The position numbers were made by a program, and so were the translations under genes. A DNA stretch of 64,000 bases from Thermodesulfobacteriota bacterium (GTDB lineage: Bacteria; Desulfobacterota; Desulfobacteria; Desulfobacterales; SURF-7): contig JBMORA010000009.1 of the NCBI GenBank assembly GCA_049320885.1, forward strand, positions 160,001-224,000. The letters are read 5' to 3'. Below the pieces are notes generated by a model that searched no databases, was not told the origin of the DNA, and saw only the letters and a list, made by a program, of their open reading frames with translations. This document shows positions 53,860-61,421 of the stretch, one piece after another (within the stretch, counting starts at the first letter, position 1; each line of letters begins with the position of its first letter).

Positions 53860-55572
53860 TCACCTCACTCCCAAGTTTTGCGGAATTTCGTTGATATGGT
53901 CGATGTACCATTCCAGGGCCTTATGGGTCCACCAGCTTTGGGACCGGACCCCGAAATCCTCGGCCACCTCGCTGGCGGCGATATAGCCGGAGCTGAGGCC
54001 GCTGTAACTGAACAAATGGATGGAATTGGACAGATAAAGGTTTTTCATGAAGGTCCGCGATCCGCCGCCTTTGAGGACTCCCTTGACCGGCCGGTTCATG
54101 TACCACTGGGAGGGTATCACGCTCCCTCCCAGCCAGTTTCCCAGGACCGCCGAAGGATTGTTCCGCTGCATGTCGAATGGCGTGTAAATGATCTGGTCCC
54201 TGATCAATTTCTTGAATCCCGGCGCATATTGCTCAAAGGTGTCCACCACCTGCTCCGCCATTCTTTCCTTGATGTCATCCCAGGCCGGCAGTCCGCTGAG
54301 AGCGCCGTGCTTCCAGGATTTCGGTTGCGGGGGCGCATCCAGCCACACAAAGGCGGTGTGGCAGCCTTTGGGGGCCTGGGTCGGGTCGGTGAGGGACGGA
54401 ACAAACCAGTTGGCCCGGATGTCCGGATGGATGATCCGGTTAACCAGATCCGCGTTGAAACTTCTCAGCGCCTCGGTGTCTTTCCCGCCGAAATATCCCG
54501 TGAAACATCGTTGAATGCCGTCGTCGTATTCCGCCGAAGCGAATTGGGGCGCCCCGTCCAAGGCCCAATATGTGGCAAAGAGATTTTGTTCGTTGTAATC
54601 GAATTGGTCGATCCGGGCGGCCATTGTTGCCCCGATATGGTCTTCCCTGATCAAATGGCGGAAGGTCGGAATCAGGGTCAGATTGCTGATAATCTTTTTG
54701 GCGGAAATGGTTTCCCCGGGAAAAACGGCATGGTCGCTCAGACGCACGCCTCCGGCCGCGCCGTTTTTGATCAGGATTTCCTTCACCGGGCAGCAGGGCA
54801 GGATTTTGGCGCCGAAAAACGTCGCCGCTTTCACCAGCGCATGGGTCAGGGCGTGGGAGCCGCCCTTGGTCTGATGCACCGGGAAAAACGGACCGCACAA
54901 CATGGTCAATAATGCCCCGGTGGAGCCCACATTCGGATGAATCGGCGGCATGCCCGCTATCCAGGTGAAGGATTGAATCAGCGTTCGAACGTATTCGGAT
55001 TCGAACAGAATGCCTGTCAAATCGAACCCGTTCATGTTCCAGATCTGCTTAAAGGTCAGGTCCACGTCACAAGCAGTCATGAGTTTTTCAATGACCTGTC
55101 CCGTGGATTTGAAATTTTCCTCGCTCGGCGCTGAATACAGGAAATCATGAAAGACTTTTTTTGTGTCCTCCATATTGTTCAGCATGTAATCTGCGGCCTT
55201 CATGAAGAATAGGGCGTCTTTTTCCGAATGCTTCTCCCAGCTGTTGAAAGTCAGCAGGGGATCCACTCCCATCAAAATATTTTTTCCGTTAAGAAATGTC
55301 TTGGCATAGCAATATTCCGTGGTGACATGCTCCAGGCCGAACCGGGATACCAGCTCCAGATCCTCGATGCAGGGACTCATGGCCTGAATCAGCCAGGTAG
55401 CGTGCAGGTTATGAACGAATCCCGGAATGCCTGGCTCTGTCGAATCGCAGTGGGCGCCGCATTCCCCTCTGGCTTCCAGAACCAGGGTTTTGAGGCCGGA
55501 TCGGGCCAGATAAGCAGCGGCGGTCAAGCCGTTGACGCCCCCACCGATGATGATGACATCGTAGTCCTCCAT
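53860..55572 (-). CDS. Phytoene desaturase-family FAD oxidoreductase, first paralog
   Basis: YDVIIIGGGVNG, PGFVHNLHA, KGGSHALT, DPTQAPKG, TPFDMQRNNP, NRP, RTFMKNLYL; RBS AAGGAG. Confidence 0.88.
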   Translation of the reverse strand: MEDYDVIIIGGGVNGLTAAAYLARSGLKTLVLEARGECGAHCDSTEPGIPGFVHNLHATWLIQAMSPCIEDLELVSRFGLEHVTTEYCYAKTFLNGKNILMGVDPLLTFNSWEKHSEKDALFFMKAADYMLNNMEDTKKVFHDFLYSAPSEENFKSTGQVIEKLMTACDVDLTFKQIWNMNGFDLTGILFESEYVRTLIQSFTWIAGMPPIHPNVGSTGALLTMLCGPFFPVHQTKGGSHALTHALVKAATFFGAKILPCCPVKEILIKNGAAGGVRLSDHAVFPGETISAKKIISNLTLIPTFRHLIREDHIGATMAARIDQFDYNEQNLFATYWALDGAPQFASAEYDDGIQRCFTGYFGGKDTEALRSFNADLVNRIIHPDIRANWFVPSLTDPTQAPKGCHTAFVWLDAPPQPKSWKHGALSGLPAWDDIKERMAEQVVDTFEQYAPGFKKLIRDQIIYTPFDMQRNNPSAVLGNWLGGSVIPSQWYMNRPVKGVLKGGGSRTFMKNLYLSNSIHLFSYSGLSSGYIAASEVAEDFGVRSQSWWTHKALEWYIDHINEIPQNLGVR

Positions 55573-55602
55573 GGTGACTCCTTCCTGTTCCGTGTTATAT
55601 CG

Positions 55603-56004
55603 TTATTGCAGTGTGGTCGCCTGCATCGGCGGTTTGTACGAATCACCCGGCGTTCTCGCCAGAGTGGGGCGCTGGCGGCCTTTCATCATGCTGGCATAGG
55701 CGTCGTTCACTTTCGTTTCGATGTCATGCTCAATGGCGTCTTCATAGTTGTGGCGATGGACAAGGTAGAGGAGATATTTGTACAGATGCTTGCAGACCAG
55801 TTTGATGACGCCCCAGCTGAAGAAGATCTTCGTCAGTCCGGCGATATCCTCGGGACCGATGGTGATCTTGAATTCCCAGTTAACGGGGTCGGTAATTTTC
55901 CCGACGATATAGACGTCATCTTTTTCCGGGTCCCTTGCGACTTTATAGTATTTGAAATCCATGTTCAGTTCTGTTTTTCCCAACCCTCGTGACCATAATT
56001 TCAT
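55603..56004 (-). CDS. Small hypothetical protein within the operon (133 aa)
   Basis: RBS AGGAGG before ATG 56004; tightly packed between SCP2 and flavoprotein genes; MKLWSRGLGKTEL...ITDPVNWEF. Confidence 0.8.
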   Translation of the reverse strand: MKLWSRGLGKTELNMDFKYYKVARDPEKDDVYIVGKITDPVNWEFKITIGPEDIAGLTKIFFSWGVIKLVCKHLYKYLLYLVHRHNYEDAIEHDIETKVNDAYASMMKGRQRPTLARTPGDSYKPPMQATTLQ

Positions 56005-56051
56005 GGTTTCCTCCTGCAGCATGTTCACGGTTGATGATCCCGCTCGCCGGT

Positions 56052-56468
56052 TTACGCCAGAATGATTGACGCTTTACCCATTTCAGTCAGTTTTGCATTG
56101 TAATTCATCGCAAAGGTGCGCAGCAGGGGGGTCAATTTTAAGATGCGGGTCGCATTGCCTTCCAGCTTGATTTTTCGTTTGGCGATGGACACCATGACGT
56201 TCAATTTGTTCGACCATACCCGGTGGGCGTCGTCAGCGCTCAGGGTGAATTTGACATCCGGTTTTCCGGGCGGTTCACCGGCCCCGTAAGTCACTTTTCC
56301 TTCCCGGCTGTCGAACCAGATGGTGATGTCGGGATCTGAATAGCAGTAAGCCAGAAGGACATTGAGACCGGCCACTTTTGATTTGACGGCCTCATCGGCG
56401 AAGGTCTTGTCGAACATTCCCAGTATCGCCGTTGAAACTTCTTCCGTATTTTTCCAGAATTCGGACAT
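56052..56468 (-). CDS. SCP2 sterol/lipid-binding domain protein
   Basis: 138 aa; PDVKFTLSADDAHRVW...LNVMVSIAKRKIKLEGN matches the SCP2 C-terminal signature; RBS AAGGAGG. Confidence 0.8.
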   Translation of the reverse strand: MSEFWKNTEEVSTAILGMFDKTFADEAVKSKVAGLNVLLAYCYSDPDITIWFDSREGKVTYGAGEPPGKPDVKFTLSADDAHRVWSNKLNVMVSIAKRKIKLEGNATRILKLTPLLRTFAMNYNAKLTEMGKASIILA

Positions 56469-56505
56469 GATAAGCCTCCTTTACGGGGTTATGCCTAGGA
56501 CGATG

Positions 56506-58020
56506 TCAATTGTCGGCATTGCCGAGAAGGAACTGAAACCAGAAGCTCTCTTCCCGGGTTCGTTTGATATTGATGTGCACTGTCTTGATTTCAGTGAATT
56601 CATACAGACCTTCGAGTCCGCTTTCCCTGCCGATGCCGCTCTGTTTATAGCCGCCGAAAGGGAAATGCGGGTTCAGAATATGCCAGTCGTTGACGAAGAT
56701 GGTTCCGGCGCGGAGTTTCCGGGCCAGCCGGTTGGCCCGTTCGATATCGGAACTCCAGACGCCCGCCGTCAGTCCGTAGACCGAATCATTGGCCATGGCC
56801 ACGGCCGCATCCTCATCGTCGTAAGGAATGAGAGCGATCACCGGCCCGAAAATCTCTTCCCGGCAGATCGTCATTTCATGGCCGGCATCCGCAAACAGCG
56901 TTGGGGATACCCAGAAACCTTTTTCAAATTGCCGGCCTGCCGGTCCGCTGCCGCCGCACAACAGGCGGGCGCCTTCTTTCCTGCCTTGTTCGATATAGCC
57001 GAACACTTTCTGTTGTTGACTCCTGGAAATCAACGGTCCCACGTCCGTGACGGGATTGAGGGGGTCGCCGACCACGAGGGTGGCGGCCCGGCGGGCGATT
57101 AGATCGAGAAAATCCGGATACAGCCTTCGGGGGACATAGACCCGGCTGCCGGACATGCATACCTGGCCCTGATGAACCAGGCCGCCGAAAAGGACGCCGT
57201 CCGCCGTCATTTCCAGGTCGGCGTCATCGAGAACAAGGGCCGGATTTTTACCGCCCAGTTCCAGGGTCACCCGCTTCAAGTACCGGCCGGCCCGGCACAT
57301 GACTTCCCGGCCGACTTCCGTTGAACCGGTCATGCTGATTTTGTCCACCAGCGGATGCTCCACCAGGGCGTTGCCGGTCTCCGCCCCCGGCCCGGTCACC
57401 AGGTTGAAAACGCCGTCCGGCAGACCCAAGGATTCCAGCAGTTTCGTGAATTCCAGGAGGCTGAAGGAAGCCAGGGAGGACGGTTTGAGCACCACCGTGT
57501 TGCCGGCGATGAGGGCCGGAATCAGTTTCCAGGCTGCCAGAAACAGCGGGAAATTCCAGGGCACGATGCAACCGACCACGCCGATGGGTTCGCGGACCGT
57601 GTAATCCCAGTATAGAGCCGGAAAATCGGCCTGGGCCAGAGATCGCGGTTCTGCCAGGTATTCCGCCATTTCGGCGAATTTCTGGCTGTACAGGCCCACC
57701 AGGGGGACCACCATGCCTTCCGTGATGCGGATGGTCATGCCGGCGTTCATGGTTTCGCAGGTTGCCAGATGACTGGTGTGGGCGGCAACGAGTTCTTCCA
57801 GTTTGAAAAAATATTTCGCCCGTTCCCGTGGGTGCATCCCGCTCCATTCGCCTTTATCAAAAGCCCGCCGGGCCGCCTGCACGGCTGCATCCACATCGTC
57901 GCGGTCGCCGTGGGCCGCCCGGGCGATAATTTCTTCCGTGGCGGGATTCACCATGTGAAACGATTGTCCGCTTCTTGACCGTTCCCATTTGCCGTTGATG
58001 TAAAGTCCGTAGTCGTTCAT
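56506..58020 (-). CDS. NAD(P)-dependent aldehyde dehydrogenase
   Basis: IVPWNFP, KPS, MTGSTEVG, LELGGK, catalytic GQVC, EEIFGPV, FGGYKQSG; ATGA overlap with adh. Confidence 0.95.
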   Translation of the reverse strand: MNDYGLYINGKWERSRSGQSFHMVNPATEEIIARAAHGDRDDVDAAVQAARRAFDKGEWSGMHPRERAKYFFKLEELVAAHTSHLATCETMNAGMTIRITEGMVVPLVGLYSQKFAEMAEYLAEPRSLAQADFPALYWDYTVREPIGVVGCIVPWNFPLFLAAWKLIPALIAGNTVVLKPSSLASFSLLEFTKLLESLGLPDGVFNLVTGPGAETGNALVEHPLVDKISMTGSTEVGREVMCRAGRYLKRVTLELGGKNPALVLDDADLEMTADGVLFGGLVHQGQVCMSGSRVYVPRRLYPDFLDLIARRAATLVVGDPLNPVTDVGPLISRSQQQKVFGYIEQGRKEGARLLCGGSGPAGRQFEKGFWVSPTLFADAGHEMTICREEIFGPVIALIPYDDEDAAVAMANDSVYGLTAGVWSSDIERANRLARKLRAGTIFVNDWHILNPHFPFGGYKQSGIGRESGLEGLYEFTEIKTVHINIKRTREESFWFQFLLGNADN

Positions 58021-59087
58021 TCCGGTAGCACTCCGATTTTGATGACGCCGGCGGCGCGATCTTTCACCATGGCATAGGCGTCGATGATGTTTTTCAGGGC
58101 GACACTGTGAGTCCAGATCGACGCGAGGTCTATGCCGCCGTATTGGATCATGTCCAGGAGGCGCTGGAGCCGGTACCGGCCGCTGGGACACAGGGTGGTG
58201 ACGAAGCGCCGGTGATAGAAGGCATCCGGCACCATGGAATCGTGGGCCACCGGGATGGCCAGATCCCCGAATTCAAAACCGTACACCCCCAGGCTGGAGA
58301 TGGCCCCGCCGATTCGGGTGGCGGCAAAGGCCCCCCGAAGGGTTTTTTCCATTCCCACCGCCTCCACGGCGATGTTGACACCGAAGCCGTCGGTGAGATC
58401 GAGGATACGGTGGGCGGCATCGCAGTCACCGGGATCGACGACCACATTGGCGCCCATCTTCCGGGCCGTCTCGCGTTTGAAAGGGTCCGGGTCGACGGCG
58501 ATCACCAGCCCGGCGCCCATGGCCCTGGCCGCCGCAGTGACGCATAGTCCCAGGGAGCCCTGGGCGAAAATCGCCACGGAATCACCGACCTGGAAGGACG
58601 CCCGCTCCAGGACGCCGACGGCGGTGGAAAAAATATCCCCCGCCACGATGGCCTGCTGATCGCTTACCGAATCGGGTATCTTGCACATACTGAAAGGCGC
58701 AAAGGGAATCCGCACATACTCCGCCTGGCACCCGTCCAGAACGATGCCGTGCTGCACGCGCCCTTCGGGATTCAGGCAGGCGCTGGGATCACCCTGCTGG
58801 CAGCTCGCACAGCGGCCGCAGGACAACATGCAGGAAGGGACGACGCGATCACCGATTTGGAAATCCTCCACGCCGGAACCCATGTCCACAATTTCACCCA
58901 CCACCTCATGACCCATCACTACGTCCGGAATGGCCAGTTCGGCGGCATGCATATCCGTGCCGCAGATGGCGCATAGGCGAACTTTCAGAATCACATCCTC
59001 CGGTTCCCGAATAACCGGCACGTCGCGCTCTTCCAGAACAAGTACGTCCGGCTCCTTGCGTACACAGGCCAGCATCTTATCCGCCAT
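58017..59087 (-). CDS. Zinc-dependent alcohol dehydrogenase (MDR family)
   Basis: ICGTD, GHE..G, CGRCASC...C structural Zn site, QAEYVRIP, IEAVG-like VEAVG. Confidence 0.93.
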   Translation of the reverse strand: MADKMLACVRKEPDVLVLEERDVPVIREPEDVILKVRLCAICGTDMHAAELAIPDVVMGHEVVGEIVDMGSGVEDFQIGDRVVPSCMLSCGRCASCQQGDPSACLNPEGRVQHGIVLDGCQAEYVRIPFAPFSMCKIPDSVSDQQAIVAGDIFSTAVGVLERASFQVGDSVAIFAQGSLGLCVTAAARAMGAGLVIAVDPDPFKRETARKMGANVVVDPGDCDAAHRILDLTDGFGVNIAVEAVGMEKTLRGAFAATRIGGAISSLGVYGFEFGDLAIPVAHDSMVPDAFYHRRFVTTLCPSGRYRLQRLLDMIQYGGIDLASIWTHSVALKNIIDAYAMVKDRAAGVIKIGVLPE

Positions 59088-59242
59088 GTTGTTACCTGCC
59101 TTTCTCCATTGCCGGTCTTCTCCCGCTATCTTTCCGACGGCAGCGTCGCCGCTGTTTCGCTAAGCAGGATCAACCGGCTTGACATTCCTGATGAATCCGT
59201 TTTAAGGAAGAAACACTGTTTTGAATGAGTTACGAGTGTATT

Positions 59243-59258
59243 ATCAAGTTTTGTGCCA
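59243..59258 (-). promoter_or_regulatory. Sigma-54 (-24/-12) promoter of the adh operon
   Basis: Minus strand TGGCACAAAACTTGAT: perfect -24 box, TTGA variant at -12; about 155 bp upstream of the adh start. Confidence 0.7.
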
Positions 59259-59359
59259 ACCAGTTCCGGGAGACGTTTCAAGGTATCCGAACGCTTGTTG
59301 GCTGCGGAAAGGCGATCCATTCCGGGCAGGTGGAGCTTCCAACGACCGCGCGGGAATAC

Positions 59360-59393
59360 CCACGATATTTCGCGGAACCGTTATATGTCGCCG
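59360..59393. promoter_or_regulatory. Tandem putative upstream activator sites
   Basis: Near-palindrome CCACGATATTTCGCGG (59360) and related CCGTTATATGTCGCCG (59378; 11/16 match), about 100-135 bp upstream of the -24 box. Confidence 0.45.
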
Positions 59394-59454
59394 TGGTCTG
59401 GGGGCGTTTTTGGATCAACCGAAGGAATTTGGGTTCGCCTGAAGGAGTTTTTGA

Positions 59455-61098
59455 TTGGAAAACCGGGATATCCGAATGCCACTGGAGACTCATGATGGGC
59501 GCCGGCCGGAACCGGTCGGCGATTTTTCATGGTCGGAACGCTTTCGTTTTGAGGAACTGCTTACCACCATTTTTGCCGCCTTTATCCATGTTCCCACCAA
59601 CGAGATCGATCAAAAAATCAATCATGCCCTGCATTCCATCGGCCGCTTTCTGAACACGGACCGCTGCAACCTGTTTCAGTTTGATGAGCAAACCAACCGG
59701 TATGTAAGCACCCACAGTTGGGCCAGGCAGGGTGTTCCGCCGCTGCCGCAGGGAATCAAGGATACAGAAGCGCCTTGGATGAGCAGCCAGTTGCTGAATC
59801 TGCAGATCGTGCATTTTCGTTGTCCGGAGGAACTGCCGGAAGAGGCGGATATCGATAGAGCCTTGGCCTGGAAATACGGGGTCAAATCCATGTTGATGTT
59901 TCCTCTGGCGGACAGCCAGATGGTATTCGGGGGTCTCATGCTGGACCAGGTTTCAGCGGAGCGTTCCTGGGGCGAGGAGCTGATTCTGCGGTTGAAGATC
60001 GTTGCGGACGTGCTTTCCAGCCTGTTGATCAAGCGGCGTTCGGACGAAAAACTCCAGCAGGCTTTTTTAGAGATCAACCAGTTGAAGGACCGGATTGAAA
60101 GTGAACGCAATTACCTGAGGGAGGAGATCCAGCAGGAGCACAACTTTAAAAACATCATCGGCCGCAGCCCTGCCCTGATGCAGGCCATTCACCAGGTGGA
60201 ACAGGTCGGGCCCACCGACACGACAGTCCTCATCCTGGGAGAAACGGGGGTGGGCAAGGAACTCTTCGCCCGGGCCATTCATCAGAAGAGTCCGCGCAGC
60301 CATGCGCCGCTGATCAAGGTCAATTGCGCAAGTCTGCCGGCGAATCTGATCGAGAGCGAACTGCTGGGGCATGAAAAAGGAGCCTTTACTGGCGCCCACA
60401 GCCGGCGGAAGGGACGTTTCGAGCTGGCCGACGGCGCCACCCTTTTTCTGGATGAAATCGGCGAGCTGCCGCTGGAAACCCAGGGGAAATTGCTGACAGT
60501 GCTGGAATACGGCGAATTCGAGCGGGTGGGGGGGGCCAGCACCATTACGGTGGATGTGCGGATCATTGCGGCGACCAACCGGGATCTGGAAAAGGCCATC
60601 CGGGAGGGACGCTTCCGTTCGGACCTGTGGTACCGGTTGAACGTTTTTTCCATTACGGTGCCGCCCCTGCGGCAGAGAGCGGCGGACATCCCCTTGCTGG
60701 CGAACTGGATGCTCAATAAATTTTGCAAGCGCCTGGGGAAGCAGGTGGACAAAATTCCCCTGAAAACAATCCGGGAGCTGGAGGCCTATTCCTGGCCGGG
60801 GAACGTGCGGGAACTGCAGAATGTCATCGAGCGCTCGGTCATCAATGCAAACGGCGACAGGTTATATCTTGCCGAGAAACTGAACCTGTCTCTTCCCGAT
60901 CCGGTTTCCTCGCAGCCCCATCTGCCCATGGCCTCCACTAAAACCCTGTCGGAAATCGAAAAAGACTACATCGTTTCCATTCTGAAGAAAACCCGCTGGA
61001 AAATTGAGGGAAGCCGCGGCGCAGCGGTCCTGCTCGGATTGCCTCCGAGCACGATCCGTTCGCGGATCAAGAAGCATGGAATCCTGCGTCCCTGGTAG
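59455..61098 (+). CDS. Sigma-54-dependent activator (GAF-AAA+-HTH, FhlA-like)
   Basis: N-terminal [30 protein letters not shown]-terminal HTH; divergent from the adh operon; start TTG 59455 or ATG 59476. Confidence 0.92.
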   Translation: MENRDIRMPLETHDGRRPEPVGDFSWSERFRFEELLTTIFAAFIHVPTNEIDQKINHALHSIGRFLNTDRCNLFQFDEQTNRYVSTHSWARQGVPPLPQGIKDTEAPWMSSQLLNLQIVHFRCPEELPEEADIDRALAWKYGVKSMLMFPLADSQMVFGGLMLDQVSAERSWGEELILRLKIVADVLSSLLIKRRSDEKLQQAFLEINQLKDRIESERNYLREEIQQEHNFKNIIGRSPALMQAIHQVEQVGPTDTTVLILGETGVGKELFARAIHQKSPRSHAPLIKVNCASLPANLIESELLGHEKGAFTGAHSRRKGRFELADGATLFLDEIGELPLETQGKLLTVLEYGEFERVGGASTITVDVRIIAATNRDLEKAIREGRFRSDLWYRLNVFSITVPPLRQRAADIPLLANWMLNKFCKRLGKQVDKIPLKTIRELEAYSWPGNVRELQNVIERSVINANGDRLYLAEKLNLSLPDPVSSQPHLPMASTKTLSEIEKDYIVSILKKTRWKIEGSRGAAVLLGLPPSTIRSRIKKHGILRPW

Positions 61099-61149
61099 GA
61101 TGGCCGGTCGTGCATCCCGGTGGGCAAACAAGCGACAAAATCCGCGCCT

Positions 61150-61419
61150 TCACCCCCACATGGTTCGAAACCCTTTTCCGCCGGCCGGCCATTCAAATAC
61201 GATTGCTCCCGGCTCGCAAACATACCAGCAGGCACCGCACTCCATGCATTTTTCCAGGCTTTTGATGAAAGCCTTTTTGTCCCGCAGCGCAAAGCAACCG
61301 CCTAGACAGACCTTCAGGCAATTGCCGCAGCCGATGCAGCTATCGCTGGCGATCCGGATAAACTCGCCGGTGTCTGCCACCCATTCGACGCCCGGTATCT
61401 CGGCAAACTGTTGTACCAT
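61150..61419 (-). CDS. FixX-like 2x[4Fe-4S] ferredoxin
   Basis: CIGCGNCLKVC and CMECGACWYVC, C-terminal WPAGGKGFRTMWG like the FixX tail; start ATG 61419. Confidence 0.85.
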   Translation of the reverse strand: MVQQFAEIPGVEWVADTGEFIRIASDSCIGCGNCLKVCLGGCFALRDKKAFIKSLEKCMECGACWYVCEPGAIVFEWPAGGKGFRTMWG

Positions 61420-61421
61420 GA

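Noticed and set aside
52253..55572. Carotenoid biosynthesis (crtI/crtO) interpretation
   Set aside because: No phytoene synthase, GGPP synthase or cyclase in the window; the neighbours are catabolic.
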